In this document: piece by piece, positions 10,686 to 20,882 of the stretch
Layout: every line of letters begins with the position of its first letter
Numbering within the stretch: the first letter of the stretch is position 1
Assembly: GCF_041146345.1 (NCBI RefSeq)
Contig: NW_027191410.1
Span: 62,001-126,000 of the forward strand
From: Neodothiora populina
Lineage: Eukaryota
DNA length: 64,000 nt
Reading direction: 5' to 3'
The notes under the pieces: model-generated
Told to the model about the DNA's origin: nothing
The model's database searches: none
The model's input: only the letters and a program-made list of their open reading frames with translations
Position numbers and translations under genes: made by a program

Positions 10686-11918
10686 ATGGATTTCGCAGCT
10701 CTTATGTCGGCGCAAATCGCAAAAGCGAAGAAACCAGCAACAGCAGCATCCACATCCACGACCCCAGTCCCTCCGAACAAAGACTCGACGACGACGACGA
10801 CCACCTCCAAATACCTCAAGCGAGCCGACGTCGAGCGCCAGCGACAAGAAGCCTACGAAGCAGAGCAAGCAGCACTGGAAGAAGCCCGCCTGGCCAAAGT
10901 AGCCAAGAAGCGCAAACACGAAGACGAAGAGGCCGAGCGCAATCGCGTGCGAGAGGAGAAACGCCGCAGACTAGCGGAGGAGAGCAAGAAACTGCGTCAA
11001 GAAGATGAAGAGGCGGAAGAGAGGGCGAGGCGGAAGAGACTTGGTCTACCCGAATTACCGCCTAAAAAGACCAACGGCGAGGGAGATGACACACCGGACG
11101 CCGAAGGGCACGAAGCGCAACAGGATATCGACGAGGACACACTGCTCCAAAACCTGCGCGACCTCGACGAGCCCGCCAGACTATTCGGAGAGACTCACAC
11201 GACCCGCTTGAGACGCTACCGGCGCATCTTAGCGCGTAATAAGAAAGCAGCCGCAGAAGCAGCAATCGTCATGACCAACGGGCCCATCCCGACGACCCTC
11301 GTCCCTGTCCCCGGCGCGGAGATGAAAGTCCCAGAATCACTCCCCAAAGACGCCGCAGGCATGAACTTCCTCTACCGCCAACTGGCATCCTACTTTACTA
11401 TGGTTCTGACCGAATGGCAAGCCGCCCTCTCACGTAGAGACGACAGCGTCAAATCCACTTCGGCGGGGAAACAGGCTTACAACGCTATGGTGCAGGCTCG
11501 CAGCAACATGGTACCTCTGTTCCGAAAGCTAGAAAAAGGGGACTTGGAAAAGGGCATTTTAGAACCTGTGGTCGAGATTGTGAGGTATTGCCAGGAACGA
11601 AGATATGTCGACGCCAACGACGCCTATCTGCGCCTCAGTATCGGCAAAGCGTGAGCTTTCTCCTTTTTCCTCTCCTCTATACCGCATCATATATTTGCTG
11701 ATACTGACAAAACGAAACACAGTGCATGGCCCATCGGCGTGACAATGGTCGGCATCCACGAGCGATCCGCTCGCGAAAAGCTGCACGAAAGCGACAAGAA
11801 CTCGGCTCACATCATGAGCGACGAGACCACCCGCAAGTTCCTGCAGAGCATCAAGCGCTGTCTGAGTTTTGCCCAGACGCGATGGCCGCCTTACGATCAG
11901 CTGCAGTTGATGGGTTGA
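10686..11918 (+). CDS. PRP18: Pre-mRNA splicing factor 18; intron 11651..11722
   Basis: LRDLDEPARLFGE and the spliced motif [29 protein letters not shown]. Confidence 0.95.
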
Positions 11919-12331
11919 TTCATCTTTCTTTTCTATTACCAAGGAGCTACGAAGGTAGTGTTTAGTGTACAAAAGACTCCGCAATCCAAACAACGGGAAA
12001 TACGGTCGGTAGTCGTACTACCCTCTCCCTTGTGCGGGACCTGTTTCTCCTTCTCTCTGCCTTGGGCTTGGCGGAGGCAAGCTCGCGACGTCGCCCCGCC
12101 CCTGCACTCGGGCGTTGTCCGTATTAGGCATCCCGGTTCCTAGTCCTGTACAACCAACCTGACTACCTATACAACATCTGTTTGACTCGCATACACAGTA
12201 TTGCCTCGCGAAACACCACTGCGTGTATCTATCGCGATTGTAAGAAACATCGTCGGACTGGGCCTGGCTTTCCAGGATCAAGAGTGTCCAGCACACTATA
12301 TTCATCAACTTGCTCAACCTCGAATCCAAAC

Positions 12332-13108
12332 ATGACCACAACCCAATCGACCCGTCGCCGCATTGTCGGCACTTCACTGAAGATGTACTTCGACATTCCC
12401 TCAACATCAACATACATCAAAGCTGTAGCACGACTGTCCGACCTGGCATCCCAAAACAACATTGACCTCTTTGTGATCCCCGATTTTGTATCTTTGACAT
12501 CATCAAAGCAGACACTCAGAGACACGAGTATCATCCTCGGAGCCCAGGACACTTTCTGGGAGAGCAAAGGCGCCTACACAGGTGAAGTCTCGCCACTAAC
12601 CCTGGCCCAGGCGGGCGTGGGACTGGTCGAAATCGGGCACGCGGAGCGACGGAGACTGTTCCACGAGACGGACGAAGAAGTAGGCAAGAAAGCGGCCGCC
12701 GCCATCACGAACGGAATCACTCCTCTGGTGTGTATCGGCGAGAAGAGCAAACCGGGGCCCGGCGTCTCGCAAGCGGTCGGTATGGCCGTCTCGGAATGCT
12801 CGACGCAGGTGGCTGCCGTGCTGTCTGCCGTGCCACCCTCTGCGGAGATTGTCTTCGCGTACGAGCCCGTGTGGGCGATTGGCGCTGCTGAACCTGCGAG
12901 TGCAGACCATGTCGTGGCCGTCACGCAGGAGCTGAGGAGACTTATCGCCAAGTCAAACAGAGACGGTCAAGTGAGGATTCTGTACGGCGGCAGTGCTGGG
13001 CCCGGCACGTTTCTGGGACTGAAAGATGGCGTGGACGGCTTGTTTCTAGGCAGATTCGCGCACGATGTACGTAATTTGGAGAAGGTCATTATGGAGATGA
13101 GTCAATGA
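12332..13108 (+). CDS. Triosephosphate isomerase-family protein, divergent TIM2 / L-erythrulose-1-P isomerase-like clade
   Basis: GTSLKMYF, GAYTGEVSP, GHAERR, AYEPVWAIG, LYGGSA and DGLFLGRFAH. Confidence 0.88.
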   Translation: MTTTQSTRRRIVGTSLKMYFDIPSTSTYIKAVARLSDLASQNNIDLFVIPDFVSLTSSKQTLRDTSIILGAQDTFWESKGAYTGEVSPLTLAQAGVGLVEIGHAERRRLFHETDEEVGKKAAAAITNGITPLVCIGEKSKPGPGVSQAVGMAVSECSTQVAAVLSAVPPSAEIVFAYEPVWAIGAAEPASADHVVAVTQELRRLIAKSNRDGQVRILYGGSAGPGTFLGLKDGVDGLFLGRFAHDVRNLEKVIMEMSQ

Positions 13109-13389
13109 ATATCGGGTGTCGAAATGCCTTGCGTTGTACATGGACCAATCATAACTATAGCAGAGTTGATGTGGGTGTCATGGTCCTTGTCATTGTTACT
13201 CTGACTTGTCTACCTCAGCAAGAATGCTCTAGCGGAGTTATATCGCGTCTTCGTTGCCTGTGATTTTCTTATCACTCCGTGCACTTTTGATCTGCTCAGC
13301 ATGTGACTAATCCGTGGGTCATTTGATGTTATCACTGCATCCAGATGTTTCTCCGAGCACTGAGTGATACGTGAATACAGAAATACTAC

Positions 13390-14078
13390 TCTGTGCCGGT
13401 TCGCTCAGTGGATGTCATTGTTTGGAGTGTCAAGGCAGGGGTGGTTCATTCACGAGGCAGTAGTAAGGTGGGAGAGTTAGAAAATGGACAGGGTGACCGC
13501 TTTGTATTTGTTCTGGTACAGCGAAGTGAAAGAATGACTTCATTCCTGCCTTTTATCTAGAGAAGATAGGAGTATATATCCACAGATCGACTAAATCTCG
13601 AACCTCTACTCTGCTCCACATTGGATAGGAAGGCATGACCAGCTATAACGTGGTTTGGAGAGCGAAATGCAGAGGGACAACGGCTGGACCTTGTTTAGTT
13701 GTTTGGCGTGTGTCTTGCCTGTGTTGCACAGCCACGTCTGCCTCTCCATGGAATGTGGTTATAGAGCAGGGTGGCGGCATTACTTGTGAATGTCTTTCCA
13801 TATCTGTATACACAAACACGATTTCAAGGCCGACTTCCGGAGTAACGAGTCCGCCAAAACAATGGGCTATAATCACCAATGGCCGAACTATATGGAGTAT
13901 CAGAACATCCGAGCAGGATGGATTGTTTCTCGCGCCTGTCGCGAGGCGATCGGGAACCGCTGTGCAACTCGAGATCATTTTGCTTATTTGCATCCGGTCC
14001 AAACTACGGGAATTCGTATCCAAACCGCATCGTTCGTGTAGCCGGATCGATTGACGGGAGCACGGCCGGATCGTTCCA
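13390..14078 (-). pseudogene. Relic SesB/SERAC1-like alpha/beta-hydrolase gene, 3' fragment
   Basis: Minus-strand translation across stops and frameshifts: WNDPAVLPSIDPATRTMRFGYEFP*FGPDANKQ / SRVAQRF / RPLVIIAHCFGGLV (13885-13844) / RDLVD / LVNE..CLD (13456-13429). Confidence 0.75.
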
Positions 14079-14229
14079 TCCTTAGGTTCTGATCAAAGAA
14101 CTTTTGCACGACACGAAACATGGATATCATGAGAACGTAAGGACATTCATCGGCGCTTCTTGCGAGTCTGCCCCCTAGTCGTACAATACCGTATAGATGT
14201 TGGAATTCGATTGAGATTGATCTTTTTGC

Positions 14230-15837
14230 TCACTTTTCGCCGTCTTCCTTCGCGAGCGCCTTCTCCCAGACACTGTCGAAGCTAGTGATGTCGGGCTTGG
14301 GCTCCTGCTGCTCTTGGAGGGGTGCGAAGGACGCAGAATCTACAGGATCTGACGAGAGCGTGGTTGATGCCGCAGTAGTCGCAGCACGAACCCCCTCCGC
14401 CGCATCGCCGGTCTCGTCTACAGCTTCGAATTCGAAATTGCTAGAGTAGATGACAGCGGCAAATCCCTCCAAGTCCTTGACGGCGTCGATGTTGGCGAGG
14501 TATTCATTGGCGGATCCAGCCTCTGCGGCGACAGCAGCGAGGTCGTCGGGCTCACTACTACCTGCGGCGATGACGTGGGCCTGACGACAGAACACAGCAA
14601 GGGTTTGGGCGATCTTGCACTTTGCGTCGAGCTCTGCTATCCGGTTTGTAGCGGAAGTAGGCTTGATCTTAAAGGCTTCTGCGGCGACGCGCTGGTCGAT
14701 GAGATGAGAGAAGGTGGTGTTCAGGAGGAGGGTCAGCACGTGGGTGAAAGTCGGGGAGTCGATGAGGTCAGATGTCTCATCAATCAGTCTTCGAAGAGAT
14801 GGACTTGAATCGGTGGATTGAAGTTGTGGTGCCGATGGTAAAGTATCGGTATTCATGCCAGATTCTTGCAGGACATAGTCCTCTTGATCCCGGGGCGGCA
14901 AGAGGTAGGCGAGCCACTTGTGCTGTCGTCGCTCCGTCTCCGTAGATCCTTCGACTCTCTTGCGAACGTCCAGGATGAGGTGTGACAGCCTCTCCAGTGT
15001 TATATCCTCGCGTGGATTCACGGCTCCAAAGACTTCCTCGACCGCGGTCTGCACCCTCTGCATAACGTCTTTGCTGCCGCGATGCAGCAACCACCAGCTA
15101 AAGGTCAGGTACTTTCTGTTCGTCTCAAAGTCATTTCCATACACATCATCGTAATTGTCGTCATTGTCTTGAAGAGAAATCTGTGAAGACTGCGTAGCAG
15201 CACGGGGCGATGCCAAGGAGACAACGGAGGAGAGATAAGTCCTCCTTCCTAGAAGATTGAGCTGAATGCGAGTAAGAAGAGTAAGAAGGGACAAGATATA
15301 CAACAGCGACAAAGCTCTTGTAATCGATTGTATCTTCAGATCGTTCCAGAGTTGCATCTTGCTTCTTTTGCTTCGAGTCTGGCTGGCGGACCCGCTGCTC
15401 TCGGCCATCTGGCTTGCATGTACATAAACGCTGCTCTGGAAGCTGGCGAGACTCCCCCTGTCATCCTCTATCGTGCTGGCTGGAGCCGAAGGAAACTCAG
15501 AGGAGGCAGCTTCGGAGGCGCCAGCACTCCTCGTCAGTCTATCCTGCTTCTGTCTCTGCAGCTCAGCAGTGATGTCTTCGGCCGGTAACGCAGCAATGAT
15601 TTCTTCTCTGAATGTCGGCAGAAGTGCGAGCACGGTATACGTGCAGTCTTCCTGGTTCTGCTCAAATCGCCGGCGAAGATTGTCCTTTGCAATCCTCTCC
15701 TCACTCATGCGCTGCCTTGCCTCCAGCCATTTGCCCCAGGCATATTGTCCAGCAAGATAGACAGCGCCGAGTGTACCTGCACCAACGGCAAGAGGGGTTC
15801 GATTGCGCCTGAACCAGCGGCGCGTCGCGGCGAACAT
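14230..15837 (-). CDS. PEX3: Peroxin 3 (intronless)
   Basis: N-terminal WFRRNR plus a TM segment, then NLRRRFEQNQEDCTYTVLALLP, LWNDLKIQSITR and LLTRIQLNLLGRR. Confidence 0.95.
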   Translation of the reverse strand: MFAATRRWFRRNRTPLAVGAGTLGAVYLAGQYAWGKWLEARQRMSEERIAKDNLRRRFEQNQEDCTYTVLALLPTFREEIIAALPAEDITAELQRQKQDRLTRSAGASEAASSEFPSAPASTIEDDRGSLASFQSSVYVHASQMAESSGSASQTRSKRSKMQLWNDLKIQSITRALSLLYILSLLTLLTRIQLNLLGRRTYLSSVVSLASPRAATQSSQISLQDNDDNYDDVYGNDFETNRKYLTFSWWLLHRGSKDVMQRVQTAVEEVFGAVNPREDITLERLSHLILDVRKRVEGSTETERRQHKWLAYLLPPRDQEDYVLQESGMNTDTLPSAPQLQSTDSSPSLRRLIDETSDLIDSPTFTHVLTLLLNTTFSHLIDQRVAAEAFKIKPTSATNRIAELDAKCKIAQTLAVFCRQAHVIAAGSSEPDDLAAVAAEAGSANEYLANIDAVKDLEGFAAVIYSSNFEFEAVDETGDAAEGVRAATTAASTTLSSDPVDSASFAPLQEQQEPKPDITSFDSVWEKALAKEDGEK

Positions 15838-15880
15838 AGCAATAGGAGGCGAAGGACAGGAGAGTGTAATATAGCGGTAT

Positions 15881-15913
15881 CAAGGCAAGATAAGGCAAGG
15901 CAAGGCGAGGCAA
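15881..15913. repeat. Degenerate (CAAGG)n pentamer repeat in the PEX3 5' leader
   Basis: caaggcaagataaggcaaggcaaggcgaggcaa. Confidence 0.8.
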
Positions 15914-16021
15914 TTCGTGCACGACACGTAGTTGACAGCTAAGGTATTGTAGATTACCCTAAATGGTATATTAACAACTGCTCTTTGGTCCAGGTTCCTT
16001 CCCCCCCCAATGCCATCATCG

Positions 16022-16077
16022 CCGAGGATCTACTCCATTCGGTTAGATCCGTGTCGTTATCATTGCACGTGCCGAGG
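16022..16077. promoter_or_regulatory. Two CCGAGG (CCTCGG) FarA/CTF1-type sites upstream of PEX3
   Basis: Exact matches at 16022-16027 and 16072-16077. This is the known fatty-acid/peroxisome response motif of filamentous fungi. Confidence 0.5.
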
Positions 16078-16270
16078 CAGGAGCGTGGCTTCACGCGCCA
16101 ACATCTCTACACGAGTTCATTGGTTTGAGCACCGATACCATGTATCGCAACGATGCTGCCCCGCCATTGATAATCCTTGTGCTCGCGGAGGACTTTCCAT
16201 ATCACCTTACTCGATAGTGTCCGGGTCATCTTCCGAAGTACCAGCGGAAGCTTCGACGAGAGGGTCTTGA
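16060..16270 (-). pseudogene. Relic SesB/SERAC1-like alpha/beta-hydrolase gene, 5' fragment with a preserved intron 16156..16210
   Basis: ...DDPDTI-GA|GTAAGG...CAG|C-ATCGTTGCGATACATGGTATCGGTGCT splices to TIDIVAIHGIGA. Frameshifted CRDVG and PRHVQ* follow. Confidence 0.7.
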
Positions 16271-16341
16271 GCTCCATGTCAAAAGTCAAGAGTGACGCCT
16301 TCCCCACGAGTCGCGCCAAGGACGCGATTCTATTTGCACAA

Positions 16342-16347
16342 ACGCGT
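16342..16347. promoter_or_regulatory. MCB element (ACGCGT) upstream of NSE2
   Basis: Exact ACGCGT about 150 bp before the NSE2 ATG, with a half-site ACGCGA at 16322. Fits G1/S control of an SMC5/6 gene. Confidence 0.45.
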
Positions 16348-16492
16348 CTTCCGCTCCTGCCTATTGAGACATGTGAAATCGAGACTCCGTATAGATTATG
16401 GTCACTTTTATTTCGAACAAAGCCCGCGACTGAATCTCCACTCAAGTCGTTTCCCTCCCATCAACGCGCTTGAGAAATCTCATCGAGCAGAG

Positions 16493-17938
16493 ATGACGTC
16501 CCGACTGCGACAATCAACGACAGCGACACCCCGAGCCAGTCGGTTGTCGACGAATGCCGCTGCAGCTCCCACTCCCACTGCACGGCGCAGCCAACAGCAA
16601 GCACGAGGTGTTGCACCTCCTGACTATGAGCCACCGACACACGCATTGAACCTGGCTGGACAGGCTAACCTCCAGACTCTCATGCAAAGCCGCAAGATCG
16701 ACCAGTTCGATGGTTTGATGCAGGAGGCCATCGCTGCCCTGAGCGAGAACGCTGCAGCTATCAACGATGCCTTGCGCGATAAGGAAACCGCCGTCCGCAA
16801 AGACAAGGCCCGACACGAGAGAGATGTCACAGACGACGACGATGATGATGAAGAGGCGGCAAGAATCAGGCGACTCGAGGATGGTCTGGAGAAGATGAGG
16901 GAAAAGGTTGGCAACATGACTAAGAAGATGGAGCAGGATCTGCTGAAGATGCTTGACACACGCGAATACTTCGGCGCCATCCGTCCAGCTTTACAAGAAA
17001 CCAGCAACGACACATCTGCTTTCTCCCGCCAGAATCCAACCCAGTCTCAGCCTCAGGCTCGGTCTACCCGCAATCGCTCACAGACACATCGCCAGCGGGC
17101 TGGAAGCGACGAGGAAGAAGAAGAGGAGGAGGAGGAGGATGGCGATGACGAGGAGTACCAGGACTTTACTCCGACAGACCCAGCGAATGCCCATACGCAA
17201 AACACACCAGCTCCACCAGCCCCAAGCAGTCTTTTTCGTGAGAAGCTGTCTCGCAAAAAGGACCGCTACCAGAACCTCTCCAAGCGTCAACGCTATGCTT
17301 CGGACAATGACTATCGCAACTTTCGACGTATCGTCCACGATGCTCGTTATGGGGACACTGTGCCACTGCCGCACGAGAGCACCTGGTTCTCGGACTCTTC
17401 TGCCGCCCCGGCCCCAGGCGTTACCGCAAGAGCAGAGGATTCAGATGATGACCTGCAAATAGCAAAAGAAACAATCTCCACCAAGTGTCCTCTGACTCTA
17501 CAAGAGTTCAGAGAACCTCTGACCAGCACCAAGTGCCCCCATTCCTTCGAGAAAGATGCCATTCTCGGTATGATAGACAACCCTTCCAACACCATGAGAG
17601 TAGGCGGGAGCAACACCCGCGGAGCAAGAGACGGACAAAAAGCTGTGCAATGTCCCGTACCTGGTTGTTCGCACGTCCTGACCAAGAACGACCTTCATTC
17701 CGACCCTGTACTATTGAGAAAGATTCGCAGGATTCAGAAGGCCAACGCCGAAGAGGAGGATGGCGACGACGACATAGACGATCAGGTGGACGGCGGTCGA
17801 TCACGACCGCAGGAGATCGAGAGCGGAGGCAGCGAGGACGAGGGTGATGATATCGACAACGTCTACGACGAGGCTGATCTACGCCGCATCAAGAGGGAGC
17901 GGTTAAGTGGTATGCAGAGAGCTTCCCAGAGACCCTGA
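16493..17938 (+). CDS. NSE2: SMC5/6 SUMO E3 ligase Nse2/Mms21 (SP-RING)
   Basis: DDDLQIAKETISTKCPLT...KCPHSFEKDAI...VQCPVPGC. Confidence 0.88.
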   Translation: MTSRLRQSTTATPRASRLSTNAAAAPTPTARRSQQQARGVAPPDYEPPTHALNLAGQANLQTLMQSRKIDQFDGLMQEAIAALSENAAAINDALRDKETAVRKDKARHERDVTDDDDDDEEAARIRRLEDGLEKMREKVGNMTKKMEQDLLKMLDTREYFGAIRPALQETSNDTSAFSRQNPTQSQPQARSTRNRSQTHRQRAGSDEEEEEEEEEDGDDEEYQDFTPTDPANAHTQNTPAPPAPSSLFREKLSRKKDRYQNLSKRQRYASDNDYRNFRRIVHDARYGDTVPLPHESTWFSDSSAAPAPGVTARAEDSDDDLQIAKETISTKCPLTLQEFREPLTSTKCPHSFEKDAILGMIDNPSNTMRVGGSNTRGARDGQKAVQCPVPGCSHVLTKNDLHSDPVLLRKIRRIQKANAEEEDGDDDIDDQVDGGRSRPQEIESGGSEDEGDDIDNVYDEADLRRIKRERLSGMQRASQRP

Positions 17939-18055
17939 TGTGCTATCATAATCTCTGGTGGCATTATCGCATCTACATTGAGAAGATAGTATAAATAATT
18001 GAACGTACACTCATGAATATCCTGCATGCGCATGTTCATAATTCGAAAAGACCAT

Positions 18056-18898
18056 CTATGGCCACAACTCCTGCATCTTCCACTCTCCACTAGACTCGTC
18101 GTAAGTGAACTTGTGTCGGAATGCCTTGGCAGGATCGCTCAAGTCAAGCTGCTCCACTTCCTCAGGCTTGATGACCATGACTCTGAAGTTCTTGCGAGCG
18201 TGAACATCATGGAGATCCTCGACCTTCATGCCTGGCTTGTTGTTCTCGTTGTCGATAGGTTGGTCCTTGGGTGTGCCAGGCGGAGGTGCCCTGAATGATC
18301 CTCGCATACCCGGCGACAAGTTTCCAAAGTGCCCAGTGACCTCCTTGGCCCAGCTCCAGTCGCCCTGCTTGGACTCATCGACCACCCTCATCCTGCTGCC
18401 CAGCTCGCTCTTGACAGTGCGAACACCGCTGCTCTCGTTGGACTGCTCGCCCTGTCCCTCGATGTCCTCGCCGATGACGAACGCCTCGCCCTTGATCCTC
18501 CACTGCGTCATGGTGTCTTTGATCCACCACACAGCCTCGACGGGACCACCGCCACCAGAACCCTGCATCTGCTCCGCCTTGGAAGCGTGACCCGCGCCCG
18601 TCTCGAAAACCTCGGGGATCTTCATCATGCGGATATCAGAGGTGAAAGTGGGGAGATCGGCCTCGTAAACCCTGGGGTTCTTGGGCGCTTCATTGTGCTT
18701 GTTCTCAGGCAGCTCAGCCCACAATCCACGGAAGATGCAGTAACGTGCCCGGGGAAGGTACGGGGTAGGTGAGCTCTCGGGAGCTTTGTGCAGGGAACTG
18801 AAGACGAACTCGGGGGAGTCCATCTTCGAGAGGTGATCGAGGAAGGTCGCCCTCCATGGCGCTGGCTTGGGGGTTGAGGCCGATGAGGTCGAAGCCAT
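18056..18898 (-). CDS. Pyridoxamine 5'-phosphate oxidase-like FMN-binding protein
   Basis: APWR, PRARYCIFRG, FTSDIRMMK, VEAVWW...QWRIKG, ARKNFRV..IKPEEVEQLDL and C-terminal ELWP. Confidence 0.85.
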   Translation of the reverse strand: MASTSSASTPKPAPWRATFLDHLSKMDSPEFVFSSLHKAPESSPTPYLPRARYCIFRGLWAELPENKHNEAPKNPRVYEADLPTFTSDIRMMKIPEVFETGAGHASKAEQMQGSGGGGPVEAVWWIKDTMTQWRIKGEAFVIGEDIEGQGEQSNESSGVRTVKSELGSRMRVVDESKQGDWSWAKEVTGHFGNLSPGMRGSFRAPPPGTPKDQPIDNENNKPGMKVEDLHDVHARKNFRVMVIKPEEVEQLDLSDPAKAFRHKFTYDESSGEWKMQELWP

Positions 18899-19447
18899 GG
18901 TGCGCTGGAATGTGCGATTGATCAGGGAGATGCGACGTGAAGCTATGGTTGCGGTGTTTCTTTTTCAATCTATAAATGGACACTTGTAGAATACACCATG
19001 GAGGATTATAGTATCACATATATACAGGTCATTGTCTTGTGTTTCTGTAAATAAGGTAATTGACATGCCGTCATTGACTTTTGGAAAAGCTGGGGAAGCT
19101 ACGATGACGGACGTCATGCTGAAGCGTCATGGATCCCAGCACCAGTTCGCCGATTATTGCGAATCACATCGGTGCCTACAGATAATGATGTTTTTAACAG
19201 AGCTCAATTGGTGTTCTGTTGATAACTGTTCTGTGGCAACAGTCCTGTCTGAATTATTTATTCATCTCTGAGATGGAGAGCATGAGACGTAATAGCACCA
19301 TGGGCGTTGGGGAAAATACATGGGAGGGATGCAGAGCATCGAGGTCTGTTTTCATAGGTATTGTTTCGATGTGGCTCGCTTCTCTGTTCTAAGCTAGATA
19401 CTGATCATGCTTGAGTTAAGCCATCTTTTGGTTGTTTCCTTGGCTTA

Positions 19448-19492
19448 AAGTAGCGACGGGTTAAGTAACAACGGGTTAAGTAGCGGCGGGTT
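19448..19492. repeat. Three tandem 15-bp units (AAGTARCRRCGGGTT)
   Basis: aagtagcgacgggtt aagtaacaacgggtt aagtagcggcgggtt. Confidence 0.9.
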
Positions 19493-19792
19493 ATGCAGCG
19501 GAATACCAATAGTCGAATGCAGAGGCTGTCAGCCCGACCATCCAGGAGGGCGCACGAGCACTATCTGGAGGTGATTTATACAAGTCATGTATAGACTGTA
19601 GTCGTGATGAGCAGTGATTGCGTGTGTATCGAGCCTGATGATCCATGGCAAGCCTCCCTTGGCGGCTGACACGAAGACCTTTTTGTATACTCGTTTGCAA
19701 ATGACTGTGTTTTCCTCATTCACGAAGTCCACAATTCTGTGAGTTCATGTGTCGTCTCTTCGTTTTTTCATCACGAGAAGAGCCTGGACAAA

Positions 19793-20483
19793 TCAAGTCA
19801 TCTCGATAGCTCCCTGCCTCACGTCATCGACGCCCATAGTCGTCGTTCCAACCAGACCAGCAGGTCCCAGTCTGGCGACAAGACCAGGCCTCAGCTCCAA
19901 GGTCTTCTCGATCTTTTCTCCCGACATGCCTCTTTCTTTCATCATCAGGATCTGTCTCAAGGCGCCGACATCCAAGAACTTCCGACCTTCGAATCCTGTC
20001 CTTCCTGCCTCGAGGAATTCTCGATCCGCATCTTCTTGGATTCTATTTCTTGATTCCAACACCATCAGGGCTGGATTCTTCTTCGGGTCTGGGCCTACCG
20101 GCCACGGATTGCCGGACATGTTGCTCCGCTGGGGGAAAGCAGATGAGTTGGAGAGAATGGGATTAGGCTGCACGGGACCAAGAGAGCGTAACGAGCGGGC
20201 AAAGTCTGGGTCTGAGGCGTCAAGGTTAATTGCTACGAGGAAGAAAAGGTCAGTCTTGTTTCTGTGCATGTAAGGCAAAGATCTTACCTTGGTCTCTTTC
20301 ACCAGATGCGCGAGCTTGCGGCCTCACGGTGGGACCGGGTTGCCGTCCTTGTGCTGGGGGCGGCTGTCGCGGTGGCGCATTGGTGGTTGTCTGTGCTGGA
20401 AACGCCGCTCCTGCTGGTCTTGATGGGTATTTTCTTGCTGCGCTACCTGCGGCTTTGGCTGTCTTTGATCCGGATGCACCCAT
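19793..20483 (-). CDS. Conserved fungal protein with N-myristoylation-like start and a putative C-terminal HTH; intron 20233..20287
   Basis: MGASGSK..AARKYP, DPDFARSLRSLGPVQP and FLDVGALRQILMMKERG..IEKTLEL..GLVARLG. Intron is canonical. Confidence 0.75.
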
Positions 20484-20882
20484 TCTGGAATTTGAGAGAT
20501 AGACTGTGCTGATGGCTTTGGTGGTTGGCGGAAAGAAAGTGACGGTATTAACCAATGATTACCTTAATGATTAATGATTAATAGAAACCTTCCGTCTGGA
20601 CAACCTTAATTCTATAGCCGAAGCTTTGACTTCCATTCAATCCCCGCGGTGGAACCCCACAATCTGCAGTTTTGGTTGGACTTGGCTGCCGCTGCCGCTT
20701 CTGTATCGTCAGGTACACACACCACTTTCTACCTGCCTGACTCTATCTATCGTTATATACTTAGTTATATCATCTCTCAGTCCTCCTGTGATAAAACAAT
20801 AAAGTAAATACCCTTTACAACTCCAGAAGTCTCTATATCAGACAATCGTTGATTCGCCATCAAAGTATTCCTTCTACTCATC

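Noticed and set aside
14079..16059. PEX3 nested in a functional giant intron of a live hydrolase gene
   Set aside because: The host has stops and frameshifts, and I saw no splice sites at the junctions, so insertion into a gene that is now dead fits better.
19448..19492. CRISPR or telomeric array
   Set aside because: No spacers, eukaryotic context, and not tandem TTAGGG.
19529..19732. Short ORF with a faint ankyrin-like SAAKGG..IIRL
   Set aside because: A single weak motif lying in 3' UTR territory.
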